Of a stretch of 63,962 nt of DNA, positions 13,140 through 26,673 are shown piece by piece. Each line of letters opens with the position of its first letter. Position 1 is the stretch's first letter. Below the pieces are notes generated by a model, which saw nothing but the letters and a program-made list of their open reading frames with translations, was not told the DNA's origin and ran no database searches. The stretch spans positions 1 to 63,962 of the forward strand of contig JABANN010000131.1 in NCBI GenBank assembly GCA_013115125.1, given 5' to 3'. The translations under genes were made by a program, and so were the position numbers. This DNA is from Perkinsus olseni (taxonomy: Eukaryota).

Positions 13140-13841
13140 ATGGTAATAGGGACGGGGAGGCATTTTATGCTACTTTACTGTTGTTAACCTGTCGAGAGAC
13201 TCCCATTAACGTGGCGTTGACTGTGTCCATCTTTTCTTGTTGAATCGACGGCGGCTGCTTTCAGGCCAAGTCCGGCAAGTCGAACCCCATGCGCAATTTG
13301 CGCATCGAGAAGTTGACTCTCAACATCTGCGTTGGTGAGTCCGGTGATAGGCTCACTCGTGCCACTCGTGTCCTCGAGGCCCTCACCGACCAGAAGCCCC
13401 TCACTTCCAGCGGTAATAATTTTTTCCCGTCGGGAATTTTCCGGGAGTATTTTTCGCGCTTTTTCAGCTCGCTACACCATCCGTTCCTTCGGCATCCGTC
13501 GTAATGAGAAGATCTCCTGCCACGTCACCGTCCGCGGTGAGAAGGCCGCCGAGATTCTCGAGAGGGGCCTCAAGGTCAAGGAGTACGAGCTCCGCGACCA
13601 GAACTTCTCCGAGACCGGCAACTTTGGTTTCGGCATCAGCGAGCATATCGATCTCGGCATGAAGTACGATCCTTCCACTGGTATCTACGGTATGGATTTC
13701 TACGTCCATATGGGCCGCCCTGGTCGTCGTGTCGGTGAGCGCAAGCGCAAGTCCGCTCACGTTGGTCGTCATCATCGCGTGTCCGCTGATGAGACCAAAG
13801 AGTGGTTCAAGGCCAAGTACGATGGCATCATCCTTCACTAA
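13140..13841 (+). CDS. RPL11: 60S ribosomal protein L11 (uL5)
   Basis: [27 protein letters not shown]...[16 protein letters not shown]...GIYGMDFYV; introns follow the ATG (13143-13264) and fall near 13413-13467. Confidence 0.98.
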
Positions 13842-15029
13842 GCGGCGGTTCTGCTGTCCACTCGTGTTGTCTTCGCTACTACGATGATGATACGGATGGA
13901 GGCGACGCGGTCGGTTAACTGTCGACGGAGTTTGGCCCCCGGACCATTTCTGCTGCGAAAGGAGATTTTTATCGGAGTTGTGTTGATCATGATTTAACAG
14001 GGGATGGCGAAAGAAAGTGGGAAATTTGAGAGTTGGGACGGCTGGGGAATTCGTCTTGTGGAGGCCTTACGTTGTGAGTTGGGTTCTAACGAGACTCCGG
14101 ACGCGAGACCGTACGTGCTATCACGTTAGTCTGGTTGAGGTCTTGGGGCACAGCCGAGCTGCTCGCCTGTGTGCGGAGGTTAACAACACCAGGTTGATGG
14201 AGTTTTCGTAATTCTGTCTTGAAGTGTGCGATTAGTCTCTACCAGGTTTATGAAAGGGTTAAAGTGCCAAAGAAATGTTTCTGCGTACAAATGCCTGAGA
14301 AATTTTTGGGCCGAATACTCCGCTTCGGAAATGCGATTCGAACCGAGTGCCTCTTCGTCGTAATGAACAGCGGGAAAAAAGTAAAAGTAAAATAGAAAAT
14401 CAATTTGCATCGAAAGCATCTACTGCGCATTTGTGAAGCAAGAAAGTTGGAATTGTTAGGCCGATACCCGATAAGGAGAAATTGGTGGTGGCTTCGAAAT
14501 TCTCTCGCGGGCGGCGATGATTAATTGAGAGGGTTTTTCTCCTTCTCTGGCGAGACAAACAACGAAACACACTTTGTGTATTGACAGAATATCAGACGGA
14601 AAAGTAGGCGATTGGTGTTGCCCGACAGACGAGTTGTGGTTGGTGTGGTAGTAACGAAAGAATGGTAATGAGCAGCATCTGTGATAGCAAACTTATGAGA
14701 ATCATGATGATCGATGATGATGATGAAATTGTTTTCGCGCGCCTTTCACCATTGAGGGGGACGGAGAGAAATAAATAATAAAACAATTACATGGACTTAG
14801 ACCAGTGGGACTACGACGACTATGACATGTTCTGCAGAAATCTGTTTGGGACTAGAACGCTCTTACGACTACTGACGGCTATGGCTACTAGCAGCAGTAG
14901 AAGGAAATGTTAATGATACAGAGTTGTCGTGTGATGTTGTTGAGCAAGCATCACACCGGACGACCACCGTTCATGTCTTCTTGAACAGGACGACGACGTT
15001 GACGATGATGACGTCATTAAATCACATGC

Positions 15030-17144
15030 TCATGGTGGTGAGGACGCGCTCTTGGTGGCACCACCGAAGTACTTTAAGTTTCGATCTCGAACGCTGATGC
15101 AAAAACAGGAAAATTCACAAGTGTGATTAACTGTCGAAGGACTTACTGTTCTCTCGCTGATTGGGACACTGACGGCACTGGAGAGGTTGTTGCCGATCCC
15201 TGCTTACTCTCAGTTGATTCCAGTCGGGCGGTAGCTCCTAAGGGACGACCGATACTGACTGGTTGGAGAAAGGGTTTTGTCATACGCTTAGTTTTCTGCC
15301 ACAATCGGGCCATCAAACTGGTCTTCCTCGGCGACAGCTCACCGCCTTCAGAACGGGTTTGATGACTCGCTTGGGTCTCCCCAAAGGTAGTGCCCTTCTT
15401 AATCAGACAAGGCGAATCATCCTGCAAGGACGATTGCGGTAAAAACGGAAAAAATTTTTCCCCTGTTACTGTAGAGAAGGCGTCCTCCGGGTTTGTGGTG
15501 TGCGGGAAGTTAGAGTAAAATTCCAACTCGTCAAAATTCCACACAGGCCGTAAATTCAAATTCCGGAGGTACCTGCCGTAACAGCACTCAAGAAGGGGGA
15601 AGAGCCAGCAAGACACCTACACTTGGCATTGGACAACGAGCCGCTTCTTCTGCTTGGCAATCGGCGATGCACTGGGCGAAGGAGGACAGTCCGACGATTG
15701 GCTACTGCCAACCTCTGCGTTGGCTGCTTTTAAAACCTACAGGGAAATGTCGATCGCAATCTGTACTAAGGAAATTCTGTCCGAGCGAAAAAATGATTTT
15801 ACGATAATTTTCCCTCATCAACCGATTTTATGAATCATCTCGCTGTGCGACTTACTTTAACAGCTTCCTCGTAAACATCTGGCATTAGTCGTTCCAGCGC
15901 TTTGTGGTCATAAGGTGCAATGGCCATGGTGCGCCGCTCGTACCTGTCACTCTAGGAAGATACAGAAAAAAAGATACTTCCATGACCGACCTCCTCGGGC
16001 ATCCTTCTAGTATGTCCAACTCTCTCAACTTAGAAGGCGAGACTTTGTAAATTTCCCTGAAGAAAGCCATAGTCGATAATCGCAAAAAGCGCACGCCCTG
16101 ATGATCGATATTACCCTTCCACAAGGAGGCCGGCTCCGGGTATGTCCAACAGGTAGGGGAAGAAGTAGTTGGCGTCGTATATCATAGGATAGGGGATAGC
16201 AGTTTGTGCAGCGGTCACGAAGACAATGTCATCACTCCCTCCTGAAAAAAAATGTCATGAGCAGGGATCGAACCTGCGTGGATGCTCACCCCGCGGTAAC
16301 ATGTACTTCTGATTCCTGCACCCCCGCTTGAGAGTTCCTAAACAGGCAATTCTCAAACTGCTCCATACCACACTTTCTCCTACCATATACAAATACTAAC
16401 TGCGGGGTGGGCTCGTACTCGCAGTCACTGAGGCAGGTGCCTTCCAAATGGCTTTCCGTTGGCGATATCAACGACCATGGAGATCGGACCCTGAACCCGA
16501 TTCATAAATGCGCGTATGGGACGCCAGTCGGACCCAGGCCCTCCTCCGCGAGCGCTTTCGGCTGATACTAAAGAACACGAGCTCATGTTGCGACGCATGT
16601 TAGGGGAAGAGGCCATGTACCGGAAACTGAGAAAAAAAGATTCTCATTGATGTGAGTGGTGATCTTTCTGACACCTCTAGCTGTGCTTACCTAGGGTCAG
16701 ACGCAGCAGTGTGCAGAGGTGCCCCCAGCCCTGAAGGGGAGCGTCCAGCACAGGGCGTGGATGATGCATTCCTGGGACGAGGGGGGCTGCCGGGCCCTTC
16801 AGTGAGGAGACTCCAGTAAGGAGCCCGCCTGAGATGGGTGATTCGAACGCTCGACGACAGAAGGCTGTCATCTCCTCCCTACCGAGGGGCGCCGCCGCCG
16901 TTGGTGCTGTTGTTGTCACCGCCGCCGCCGCCGCTGCAGTAGCTACTGAGTGAATTGGTCGAAGGCCAATTGTGTCGAGTAAGGGACGGGGATGAGGAGG
17001 AAGGGGCGCCAACCGGAAGCCCGTTGTTGAACATGATAGAAGTACACGAAGCGACTGAGGATAAGAAGCGAAAGCGTGATCATCCCTGCATGGATCGACA
17101 CGAGAATCTTTTGTTTCGTATCTTCCGTCCTCGACCTCGAGCAT
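15030..17144 (-). CDS. Gamma-glutamylcyclotransferase (GGACT/AIG2-like) domain protein; termini approximate
   Basis: Spliced exons give LVFVYGTLKRGCRNQKYM...PYLLDIPGAGLLVEGEIYKV...LRELDILEG, the GGACT signature. Confidence 0.75.
16242..16289 (-). other. 48-nt spliceosomal intron made of a tRNA 3' end plus oligo-T
   Basis: gtgagcatccac-GCAGG-TTCGATC-CCTGC-TCATGAC-A-T8-cag; removing it restores the GGACT frame (LPRG/GSDDIV). Confidence 0.85.
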
Positions 17145-17312
17145 ATAAGCCTTTCGTTGGCGACACAATCCTTTGATCGATTAAAGCCGCAATTGTAGCA
17201 TAAAAGTACCGCGCGCAAAATTCCAGATGAAGCTAGCACTACTAGTCTGTAAAACCTCCCCGGTGAGGCACCGAAACACTCAGTGAGAAGGAAACGACGC
17301 TTCTATTATGAA

Positions 17313-17862
17313 CTAGTTGTAGTAGAGTTCGAGCCCCATTCCATCGTGAATCTCATAGTCCGCCAGCGTGATGTGGTCCTTGTATACAGTGTACCACTTC
17401 TGTATCCGAATCTTCTCCGGTCGGGTGCCTGAACCATCAGTCCCAATACCAAAGGCTGTTCCAGCGAGACATGGGTGATTCCGAAGACGCCTGCCTCGCT
17501 CAAGAGTGAGACTTCGGCTACGGAACTTCTGGAGAAGTAGCCTAGTATCATAAAGTATCGAGACCCGCATACTATTTTCACCTCCAAAATTCATAAATTT
17601 TGGTGGAGTGCCCAGAATTACAGCTCAAAACGACCACGAAGAAGCAAGGCGGCTAAACTCAGTAGCGACAAACCCGCCTTCACAAAACCATCATTCACAC
17701 CTCGGTGAAACACCCCTCAAGTAAACCTGCTGCGGCGGCCCTCTTCTCATTCGTACCTATCTGAGCTGCCAACAGCTTTTTGAGGTCGCCAATGGTGTCG
17801 TCGGGGTTGCACTTGACCCGAATCTTCTTCCCGAGACGATCGTTGCAAACGACCTCGATCAT
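17313..17862 (-). CDS. UBL5: Ubiquitin-like protein 5 / Hub1
   Basis: [36 protein letters not shown] + [37 protein letters not shown]; one intron. Confidence 0.97.
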
Positions 17863-17977
17863 CGCAGGACAGTTAAACAACTACCAAATGCCTTCCCCTT
17901 CGACCCCGTCATTAACACCAACATCCACTTTCACCAGAGACATCACCACCAATTTTACATAACCATGGCATGGTCCA

Positions 17978-18961
17978 CTACCGCCCATCCTGCCCCTTCG
18001 AATCGAATACTCGGTCGAACTCGAGAAGCTCCTTGTTGCGCGGCCTCAGGCGCGGAACGCCGAAGGTGTACAGAAGGAAGCCCATGACGCAGAGGAAGTA
18101 GCCCGTCCAGGCAGCGAGGGAGATATCTGCCGGGTGCGTCACCAAAGATACCATCGTCGTCAAGAACTTGGCCACTGTATTGAAAACTTGCATGGACGTC
18201 GCCGACGCCCTCAACTGCAGCTCAAACATGAGGACACCGATAGCTAGACAGAGGACCGAACTCGCAATCAGCAGCAAACCACCACCGTCTAACAGAGGGA
18301 GAGCTGCGATCGACGCTTCGCCACTGACGCCAATCATGACGGCCAGGAACGGCAACGAGAGGACAAGACGGTAAAGGTTGAGGCCTATCGGAGTTTGCTC
18401 CTTCTTCAACTTGCACATGATGGCGTGTTCGTACACACTGAGGCCGCCCACTAAAAAGGTATAGAGGAAAGCATAACCCACACCATCGCCCTCCCAGGCA
18501 AAGTCGCTCATCGTCGCTATAACATACCCAACTACAATGATGGTCAGGGCGGCAGCTCTGTCGATTGGGACGGTCTTTCCAAGGACGAGGAACTCCAAGA
18601 TCGCCGTGCATGCTGGCCGAGCGTTGCAGGCCACCACGTAGATGGGCACGGGTACGTAGTGCAGTGCCCGCAGACTAGACCAGATCACCATCACCATCCA
18701 AATTGCGTTAACAAAGCCAGGCAGAACGTGAGATCTTCTGACTGGACGAAGCGCCTGAACTCGACAGACCAGGAGAGTTGCGGTGCAGACCAGGGCTCCT
18801 GAGTTCTGGACCAGTACGGTCGTCCACGGGTGAGGGTAGGCTAGGGCGAGGCTTTTGTTAATTAGTGTCAAGCTGATACTCACGACGCCGTAGGCTGCGA
18901 ATAATAGGGAGGTCTTGAGGACCCCACTAGACAAGGGAGGGAGGGGGAGAACACAGCGCAT
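17978..18961 (-). CDS. Nucleotide-sugar transporter (SLC35/GONST-like), intronless
   Basis: 327 aa ORF with about 10 hydrophobic segments, SISLTLINK and ALHYVPVPIYVV motifs. Confidence 0.8.
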   Translation of the reverse strand: MRCVLPLPPLSSGVLKTSLLFAAYGVVSISLTLINKSLALAYPHPWTTVLVQNSGALVCTATLLVCRVQALRPVRRSHVLPGFVNAIWMVMVIWSSLRALHYVPVPIYVVACNARPACTAILEFLVLGKTVPIDRAAALTIIVVGYVIATMSDFAWEGDGVGYAFLYTFLVGGLSVYEHAIMCKLKKEQTPIGLNLYRLVLSLPFLAVMIGVSGEASIAALPLLDGGGLLLIASSVLCLAIGVLMFELQLRASATSMQVFNTVAKFLTTMVSLVTHPADISLAAWTGYFLCVMGFLLYTFGVPRLRPRNKELLEFDRVFDSKGQDGR

Positions 18962-19392
18962 GACGGCAAGGGAGCAGACTAGAACTGCGGAGGGAAAACC
19001 CTCGGCTCTCCCCGTAGACCGAGAGCAAACTTCAAGGGCATGCTTTAAAGAGGGCGCATGAAAAACACCTCAAGTTTTTGATATCTAGCTTTCCCGCTGC
19101 TTCCCTCGCAGCACAAACAGCGAAGACAAGGATAATTAGTATATTAATTTCAACTCTCAGACCCCACCGTCGAGGCCGGCTAAAACCCACCACCATTTGA
19201 CGTCCTAAATTTCCTCAATCCATTCTCGAGTCGATAGGGCACCCGCAAGAAGCCTATACTATGGGTTCCGGTATCGCAATCATGATTCGTCACCCTTCTT
19301 ACAACCGAGGCAAAATCGAGAGCCGTAGATTTTATGCTACAAACCGCAGGGTAACGCAATAGAAAAATATATAAACTCACGTTAGAAACACG

Positions 19393-21203
19393 TCATTTCT
19401 TGCTCTTCTTGCCCTCTCTTATAATTCCGCAATCTGCAATTACCGCCGGGACCCGAGGTTTCCCTCCGTCATCGTCAGCAGCGCACTCGTCGTTAAGACG
19501 TTCAACAACCTCCATACCAGACGCCTGAGCACGGACGCATAACGAAAGGCGTCCAACCCCGAGCTCGCTGGTCGAATTTGCGTCCTAACCTCCGGGCAGG
19601 GGTAAAAACTTTAGTGGCGAGTTGTCACCAAATTCATCAGGTACCACGTACGGCCAACAGTAGTAACAGTCCGACTATGAGTCCGTCGCACACAAATTCA
19701 TATGTTGCGCGCATGGTCTTTGCGTAGCAATATCGTTCGTAACACGTACAGAGTGTACGTTATTGGGTGGTAAGACCTCGATGGTCATCTACCCACGACA
19801 CGATCAGCTTCCGCGAGCTCCCATACGGTGCATACAGGAGACTACTGTATGCAGAGCGGCTAGAGTGAACCAAACACAAGAAATGACCAATCTGCCGACT
19901 ATTCAATTTACCAGTTGAATTACGGTCCACAGTGCTCGACCCGAGGATCGCGACCCCCTAGCAGTAGTAGTACCACTCTCCCAAAGACCACATGCTTTCC
20001 ATCTAACTGCGGCGTCGCTTTGAAGGTGATGTAAAACTGGGAAGTGTTGGAATTCTTACCTGCAGGAAGCGTCGACCCTTTCGCCAAGCGACCCTGTTCT
20101 ACTACCGGTGTTGCACATCCCCACCACACCCGGGCCTGCATGTTTCAACTTCAGGCCACCAGCGTCGTCCTTGAACTTCTTACCGTAACTACCTATACGT
20201 ACCACTCCTCTCCCAATTCCTACACGAACAGCCACCGTAGCTCACTCTCTCCCCCAGCGCCAGTGCCAGTAACGATATCTCCGGTTTGTGCTACAAAGCC
20301 CTTGACAACCCGATGGAAGGGACAACCCACATAGGAAAGCCTCTTGCCTGACGAAGTGAACAGTGGTAGAAAGATTGGCATCTCAGCGAACGCAGAATTT
20401 TCAGCAGGAAACCCGAGCGGAGCGAAGGTAAACAGCGATAACTAAGTGGGTATTATCCGTATTCCCACGCCAAGGCGATCGAGCACGGGTATTACCCGAC
20501 TGCTTTGAAAGGCCCTTGTCTCCCTTGATGAGGTGCTTAAAGTTCTCCACAGCAAGAGGGGCCTTGGCGTCGTAGAGCTCGATCGTTATCCGATCCTCAG
20601 GGCATTTGAAGATGGCTGGCCCCTTCTTGGACCACTCGTAGTCAGATGAATACCTGCAGGCAGCAGTCCCGCGAGCTCAAAAGACGTACATGGATCGAGC
20701 AATCGAAGCATTCGCCTCCCGTGTATATGCCACTTTAGAAGCAACACGACGCGGCCCGCGAGCCTACCCCTCAGTTACAAGCCCATCAGCCCATCAGTAG
20801 TGTGCCAGCGACGTCGTATCAATATTATAGACTAGCTTTTCTATTGCATGTAGGCTAACATATCTGTATCGGATCTACAACTGGGCACTCACAGAGTATC
20901 TTTGCGCTGTATCGAGGTCGAAGGTGGTAAGATACTCACTACTGGGCTAGCCTCCATCCCATATTACAGTTCAGGCAGCCGTGCTACCTCCGATCCGCCA
21001 AGTTTGGTGATATCCGAGCTGCTCAGACCGTATCTTAGGTCAAACCGTGCAAGATACAAAACATGTCAGTTTGAAGCCGTTTATTACTTGAGGTTGCTCT
21101 GAGACACGAAGTCCACACCTCTAGCATACGCTGACCGGCCGGTTATCTCCGAGTCGATGTCGATATCGATGAAAACTACAGTGTGATCTGCTTCCGACGA
21201 CAT
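19393..21203 (-). CDS. Cyclophilin-type peptidyl-prolyl isomerase
   Basis: [58 protein letters not shown] across exons. Confidence 0.9.
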
Positions 21204-21370
21204 AACCTCTTCATCAGCGACACCGTAGTACAAAATTGCTAAACTTGAATCGCTTCGCTCCGCCGCGCGCGGAAAAGCGCAATTTGATAATCAGGTTTCT
21301 CTCGAATTACTCTCGAGCATTCTAGAAGGGTCGCGGCGAGGTAGGCTTAACCCCAGTAGTTTCTTTCCGC

Positions 21371-22792
21371 ATGCCAGTCCGGCGACCGACGAGGCTCGTG
21401 CCTTGGTACGATGGACTCGACGCAACTGCACAAGTTTCCGCTCCTGATGATGAGAAGGTCGAGGCCGCGCCCTCTGTGAACCTGCCTGTAGTAGAGAAGG
21501 ACATCTGGGAGGACACTGACAGCGACGATAGCGGCACGGAAACCGATGAAGGCATTCAGCGGCCAGAGGATGATGATGAGCACTATGAGGAAGTTGTATT
21601 CAGTAGGTGGTCGTAGTGGGTTGGAGCGGCGAGAGAATGATGCTGGTGGTTCTCTCGCAGTGGAAACAGTGGACGCTGAGGACCCTTCGTTGAAGCTGGA
21701 AGTGTTCCTAACGCAAGGCGGAGTGGCCGTTTTCGAGACCGTTGATGATGAGGAGGAGGATGACACGAGTTCCGATCGGAGTGGTATGGACGAGGATCCG
21801 ATGACCCCGACGAACACGGCCGAATCTAACGGGGTAGTGACAGCACTTCTCATGTTAGCATTGGAAGCTTGGCTCAGGATAAGGGCGGGGTGGAGGAAAC
21901 AGGAGCGAAGCAAGACTTCATTCTACAGGATGACGTCGAGGTTCCTCGGCCGAAAGACGTAGTAGTCGGACACGAGTCGACGGGCAGGCATGCCTGGGTC
22001 AGGTGCTCTTCGTGTGGGATTATGACGATACTATTCTTCCCACGGAGTGGTGTACTCACAACGTATGCCACTTCTACTCTCGCTGAGTCCCCATTGCTCC
22101 GTTCAGGGAGCGTCGCCGTATCGCCCCACTGTTATTCACGATTGGCTCCTGGATGACCTCGATAGGACTGCTGAAATAGTGAGATACATTTCCTACCACA
22201 CCATGCGCGAATCGTGATTTGACTAGGTGCATCAAACTTTGGAAATGTGCCGTGCTCTCGATGGAGAGATCTGCATCATCACAAACGCTGAGAGCGGCTG
22301 GATCGGGTCGGTCAGCCCTTCCCTGTTGACTTGCACGCCATCGTATGGATCAGGTTCAGTAGCCTTGCACTAGTGCCGAGCATGGCTGATTATCTCCTCG
22401 ATTTTGAGATCATATCAGCTCGCAGTGTGTACGCTCCCACGTTCCCTGACGGAGGGAATGGCGCCAGAGTAGGACTCACCTGCCGGCAGGGCTCCAGTTT
22501 GATGATTTATCGATGATCAGTGGAAGATGAGGGCCTTCCACGATAAGATAACAGCATGGTTGAAGAGAAGGAGGGAATGGGAGGAAAGTAGGTTGCCGCT
22601 ACATCATCATTGTATAAAGAGATTCCTATGATAGTTACCGGTGAGGAGTTGGGGGTGCCGTCGGTGTACTCCTTCGGAGACTGCAACGCGGAGCGCGAAG
22701 CTATGAGGCAGGTCTGCAGCGAGTACAATATTATCGGTAGTAGTGGCGGCGTGAGAGGCCTCGATGGTCGTATCTTCAGGGAAGAGCGTTAA
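21371..22792 (+). CDS. Hypothetical acidic protein (multi-exon)
   Basis: Successive acidic ORF blocks separated by GT-AG introns; no family recognised. Confidence 0.5.
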
Positions 22793-23689
22793 GTTCTTGG
22801 AGAAACCACGGTCAGATCAGATTAGGAAGGAGCATAGGATAATACAAGGGTCGTTGAAGCGCTTGGTACTACCAAGTTGGTAGTGGTTTTTTTGGCATGG
22901 TGGTACAACAGCGCGCTTGGAATCAATAGGTCGTTGGTTCGTTCCCAACCTCAATTCCTCTGCGACTTTCGCCCTCGTGGTTGCCCAGCGCTTCTTCTTC
23001 AGATGCAAGAGAAGCGAGACCTTGATCTCTTCATGCGACTTGCCGAAGCACCATAATCGTTCGCGCCGGCGCGGGCCCTCCTCCGCCACAGCACTATGTA
23101 TACTTATGACGATATATATTCCACTGCGCTTCCCTCGCGTATCTTCTTGTTGTCGTTTACTTTTACTTTTACTATCGTCATTACTGGCTCACATCACAGC
23201 TGAGGACGCTATTACTGGTGGGAGTCTCCTGCCGGTGTTAGCCTCATTAGCTTTTAACCATGCCACTGTTCCAGCCATGGTGATGATGGTGTGAAACTTC
23301 TGTTGTTGAATATGTCCTCATTAGTGGGACCTATTGTGTTTCTGAGATGAAACCATTGTGGGGACCAGCTGGACTGTCTTGATGTGTGGGGTCAAGACAA
23401 AAACACGCCTCTACAAAAAGTCTAGGGCCAAGACTCTTGAAACGAGGTGTTATATACATCAACATGTAGAAGGGATCATCCCTTTTGCCTGCTAGGCTAC
23501 TCTTCGATTTGCGTTGCGCTTTCTAGTAGCGTACAGTTAACAATGTGCTACTAACAATATTTCCGAGGGTTTCCGCGAGGGAGGCGGAGTCCGAAGAAAA
23601 ATCCCCCACTAGGTGGATCGTGCCTGAGTACTCTTCACTAATTAGGCACCCGAACCCCTCTCTTAGAGAGACCTTATCGGCGACAAATT

Positions 23690-24730
23690 GTCGACGACAA
23701 TGGACTTTCACAATGCATAGTGTGAGAGTACGCAAGAAGCAATCATCGTCGCTTACCGGGAGTTATGTTTTGATCCTTCGACGGTACTTCCTGGCAATAT
23801 ACGGGCACCTAACACTACGCGGTGGCAAGTGCCTAGTTTGCAGTGCAAACTTTGCACCTACCTGCCTGGAACCTCGGCGAGCTCATCAGCTTCCGTGGGA
23901 CGCGTGAGTACCCTGTTTTCGCGCTTCTGAAACAGACGGCCCGTCTGAGACGGGTTCGGTTCGGATACAGACAAGGCCCCATACATCTTTCGTGCTGGTC
24001 ACTATGTATTAGACATTGCCACGGATCCCACGAGCTGGCGTCTCTTTCTTCCTGGTGTCTCAACGGTTTTCCCGTAATCATCAGTCTCATATTCGAGCAC
24101 CATCGCTCTCTCCGGCCTTGTTGGAAACGCGTGTCGACTGGAGCGATTTTGGATTGGTCCCCCCGATAATGCTCAGCGAAATAGTGTTCTGCTCTCGCAG
24201 CAAACCCGATGTAGAGCGCTTTTTTCTCTGGATCTGCTCAGGTGGTAGCAGACGGTGTTGGACGTATGCTGTAGACACTAGTGCCACTCGTCTAGTGGGC
24301 CGCACTCCCGTTCCGCACGACGAGTGATCGAGCCCTCGATCGAGATAACACTCTCCAACTTGAGAGTTCGAGCGGCTGGTAAACTCCCGACGGTACAGGA
24401 GCAGGTTGCGGACCCGGTCCGCAACTTGCAGTACCCGCAATAGTGATATCACAGATCTGAGATCAGTGATCTCAGAATCTTCCGCGAACGGTTGTGCTTT
24501 CATTCTGCTCGTATCGATGTAATGGCCCCGCCGCGGCGTCTTTCGGCTCTTGCTTGCGTCGCTGGCATGCAAATCTGCGAGTTCGTATCTTCAAATCAGC
24601 TTCTGTCTATGGTCATTGTCAAGGACTCCTTGTTCGTTCAATCCGTTTTCGGAAGATGGAATCCCTTAAACTCGGTGAAACGGTTATACTAAAAACTCAG
24701 CTGGTAGATCTCAGTGAGATCTTGGGATCT
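23690..24730 (+). pseudogene. Disrupted paralog of the 27.9-29.0 kb hypothetical gene
   Basis: Colinear nucleotide similarity to 27995-28900; in-frame TGA where the other copy has TGG, and similarity spread over several frames. Confidence 0.75.
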
Positions 24731-25508
24731 CAGTGACTTGTCATGCTCGTGGCATGAGCATGACAAGTGGAGCCCCAATCCAGAGTGTCCCACTGGGACA
24801 TTCCTGATTTTCACGCCAGGCAACGATCACGCGGACAGCACTAGTAGGGCACTCCAACTGTTTAGCCATTTGATTCCCGCGAACGGCTCGCAAAAACTAC
24901 TGCTTCGTGTTCATAGTGCAGCTGAAGAAACTCGAGGCTCGAGCTGAGCTTCTTCTCTTGAAACCGTGCTGAGACGGGTGTGGCTGCACGACTTGCGGTG
25001 GTTGGCACTCAATTCCTCGTACCCAGAACGGACCCTAGCCGCCGGACGTCTCAGACGGCTACAGACGGATGCTGATGGGTAACACCTTGTGGTTTTTAAG
25101 AACCGATGAGTACCAGAATTGATGAAGTCCCATTCACAAAATGCCCCGTGTTGTGTGGGTGTCTTTGTGTCGACGGTCTCGCCAGTCGCGAGAAGAGTGA
25201 TCGAGGATGCTACCTTCTCTTGGGACGGAAACAGAATTGTACATGTCGGACTCTGTTTCCATCCGCTACCTGCAATCGAGGCAACTGAGAACTCAAAACC
25301 AAATCGATAGCGGCTGTGGGTAGCTATTATCGGATAGCTGTCGAAGAATTGTGATTGGCGGTAAAAAAGGTAAAAAGTAGTAAAGGCTACACTGGGAAAA
25401 CTGTGAAGGAATAAGTTTCAGAAAATCTAAGCAATGTTTCGTCCATCACAGGCGACTACTCGAACAACTGAACCACGTAGGTAAGGCTACGTCGGCTTAC
25501 AGTATTTC

Positions 25509-26423
25509 TTACGAGTAGAAATCAGAATCGTTCGAAGCTTGTTTATAAAGACGATTGTAGGGATACCGAACGCCTAATGTGTACATCATATCGGAAGAGA
25601 GAAAACCGGCGGTAAAAAACTCTTCCTTGAAAACAGTAGAGCCTCGCCAGACAGGACAAGCTTGCATAAAACTGTCGATGAGGTCCTGCGGTGTATGAGA
25701 CGGCCCACGTACGAGCTTGTAGAGTTTACCAGGCCCCTCCCTCACCAGGCGCAACGCCATCACTTCACTGTGGTTCCTACGATAATGACGGACTGGTTCG
25801 CAGCCAAGCATCGCATAGATGTATCCATCCGGGAAGACGAGATACTTAATCTTGAGGTCAACGCCTGGTGAAGTATAGTCGGTCACATAGTTCCCCGCGG
25901 TCAATGGCAGCCACTGTCGCTCAAGAACAATACTTTTACCGCCCAGCTCAGCCCCCACATTCGCCTGCTCGTTGATAGCAATCAACTGCAGATCGGTGTT
26001 TTTGATGTCAAGGTGGGGGCATTTATGTCGAAGATCGTCAAGCTTGGCCCGATGATGCCGGTCTCCGTCCCAATAATTGACGATGGTTTCTTCGAAAAGG
26101 TCGTCAGGCTTTACACGTGCTGGGAACCAACCATCTTCATATTTTTCCGGTAGACCACAGTCTACCGCGAGCATACACCAACCGTACTTAGTGACATTCA
26201 AGATCACTCTCAGCTTGCTGTCATCCGGCCCCACAGACTCGTAGATGAAGTCTCCGTAGTCCTTCCGGACCCGACTGCGGTAATCCTCGGGTGGCGGCGG
26301 AGTGGGCATGAGCGTCGTCCCGGGAGGTGTACTGCTAGGTGAAGCATGCTTCGCCTTGGTCTTCCCGCCACCATGGGCCAGGCAGAAGGTAGAGAAGAGA
26401 ACGAGGACGGAGCGAAGGGACAT
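25509..26423 (-). CDS. Secreted hypothetical protein, intronless
   Basis: 304 aa ORF with N-terminal signal peptide (MSLRSVLVLFSTFCLAHG) followed by a Pro/Thr-rich linker. Confidence 0.7.
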   Translation of the reverse strand: MSLRSVLVLFSTFCLAHGGGKTKAKHASPSSTPPGTTLMPTPPPPEDYRSRVRKDYGDFIYESVGPDDSKLRVILNVTKYGWCMLAVDCGLPEKYEDGWFPARVKPDDLFEETIVNYWDGDRHHRAKLDDLRHKCPHLDIKNTDLQLIAINEQANVGAELGGKSIVLERQWLPLTAGNYVTDYTSPGVDLKIKYLVFPDGYIYAMLGCEPVRHYRRNHSEVMALRLVREGPGKLYKLVRGPSHTPQDLIDSFMQACPVWRGSTVFKEEFFTAGFLSSDMMYTLGVRYPYNRLYKQASNDSDFYS

Positions 26424-26617
26424 TCTACAGGGAACCGATCTACATTAAAAAGGATAATGCACGAGGCCATCGTAACGAGGGGATTAATGCAGCTATGGGA
26501 ATCGCTGAGAGCTCCTCTGTCGCTGGAATCGCTACCGCTAGGAATCACTGACGATAACAGCGCGCGTCGACGAAAAAGACACACACGACCCCCGGCGTCG
26601 GAAGAGGAATAAGAATC

Positions 26618-26673
26618 CCTGGTGACGCCCAGGGCAGTCTCCTGGTGACGCCCAGGGCAGTCTCCTGGTGACG
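26618..26673. repeat. 23-bp tandem repeat, 2.4 copies
   Basis: CCTGGTGACGCCCAGGGCAGTCT x2 + CCTGGTGACG. Confidence 0.95.

Noticed and set aside
26618-26673. CRISPR-like repeat
   Set aside because: Units are contiguous with no spacers, the context is eukaryotic and there are no cas genes.
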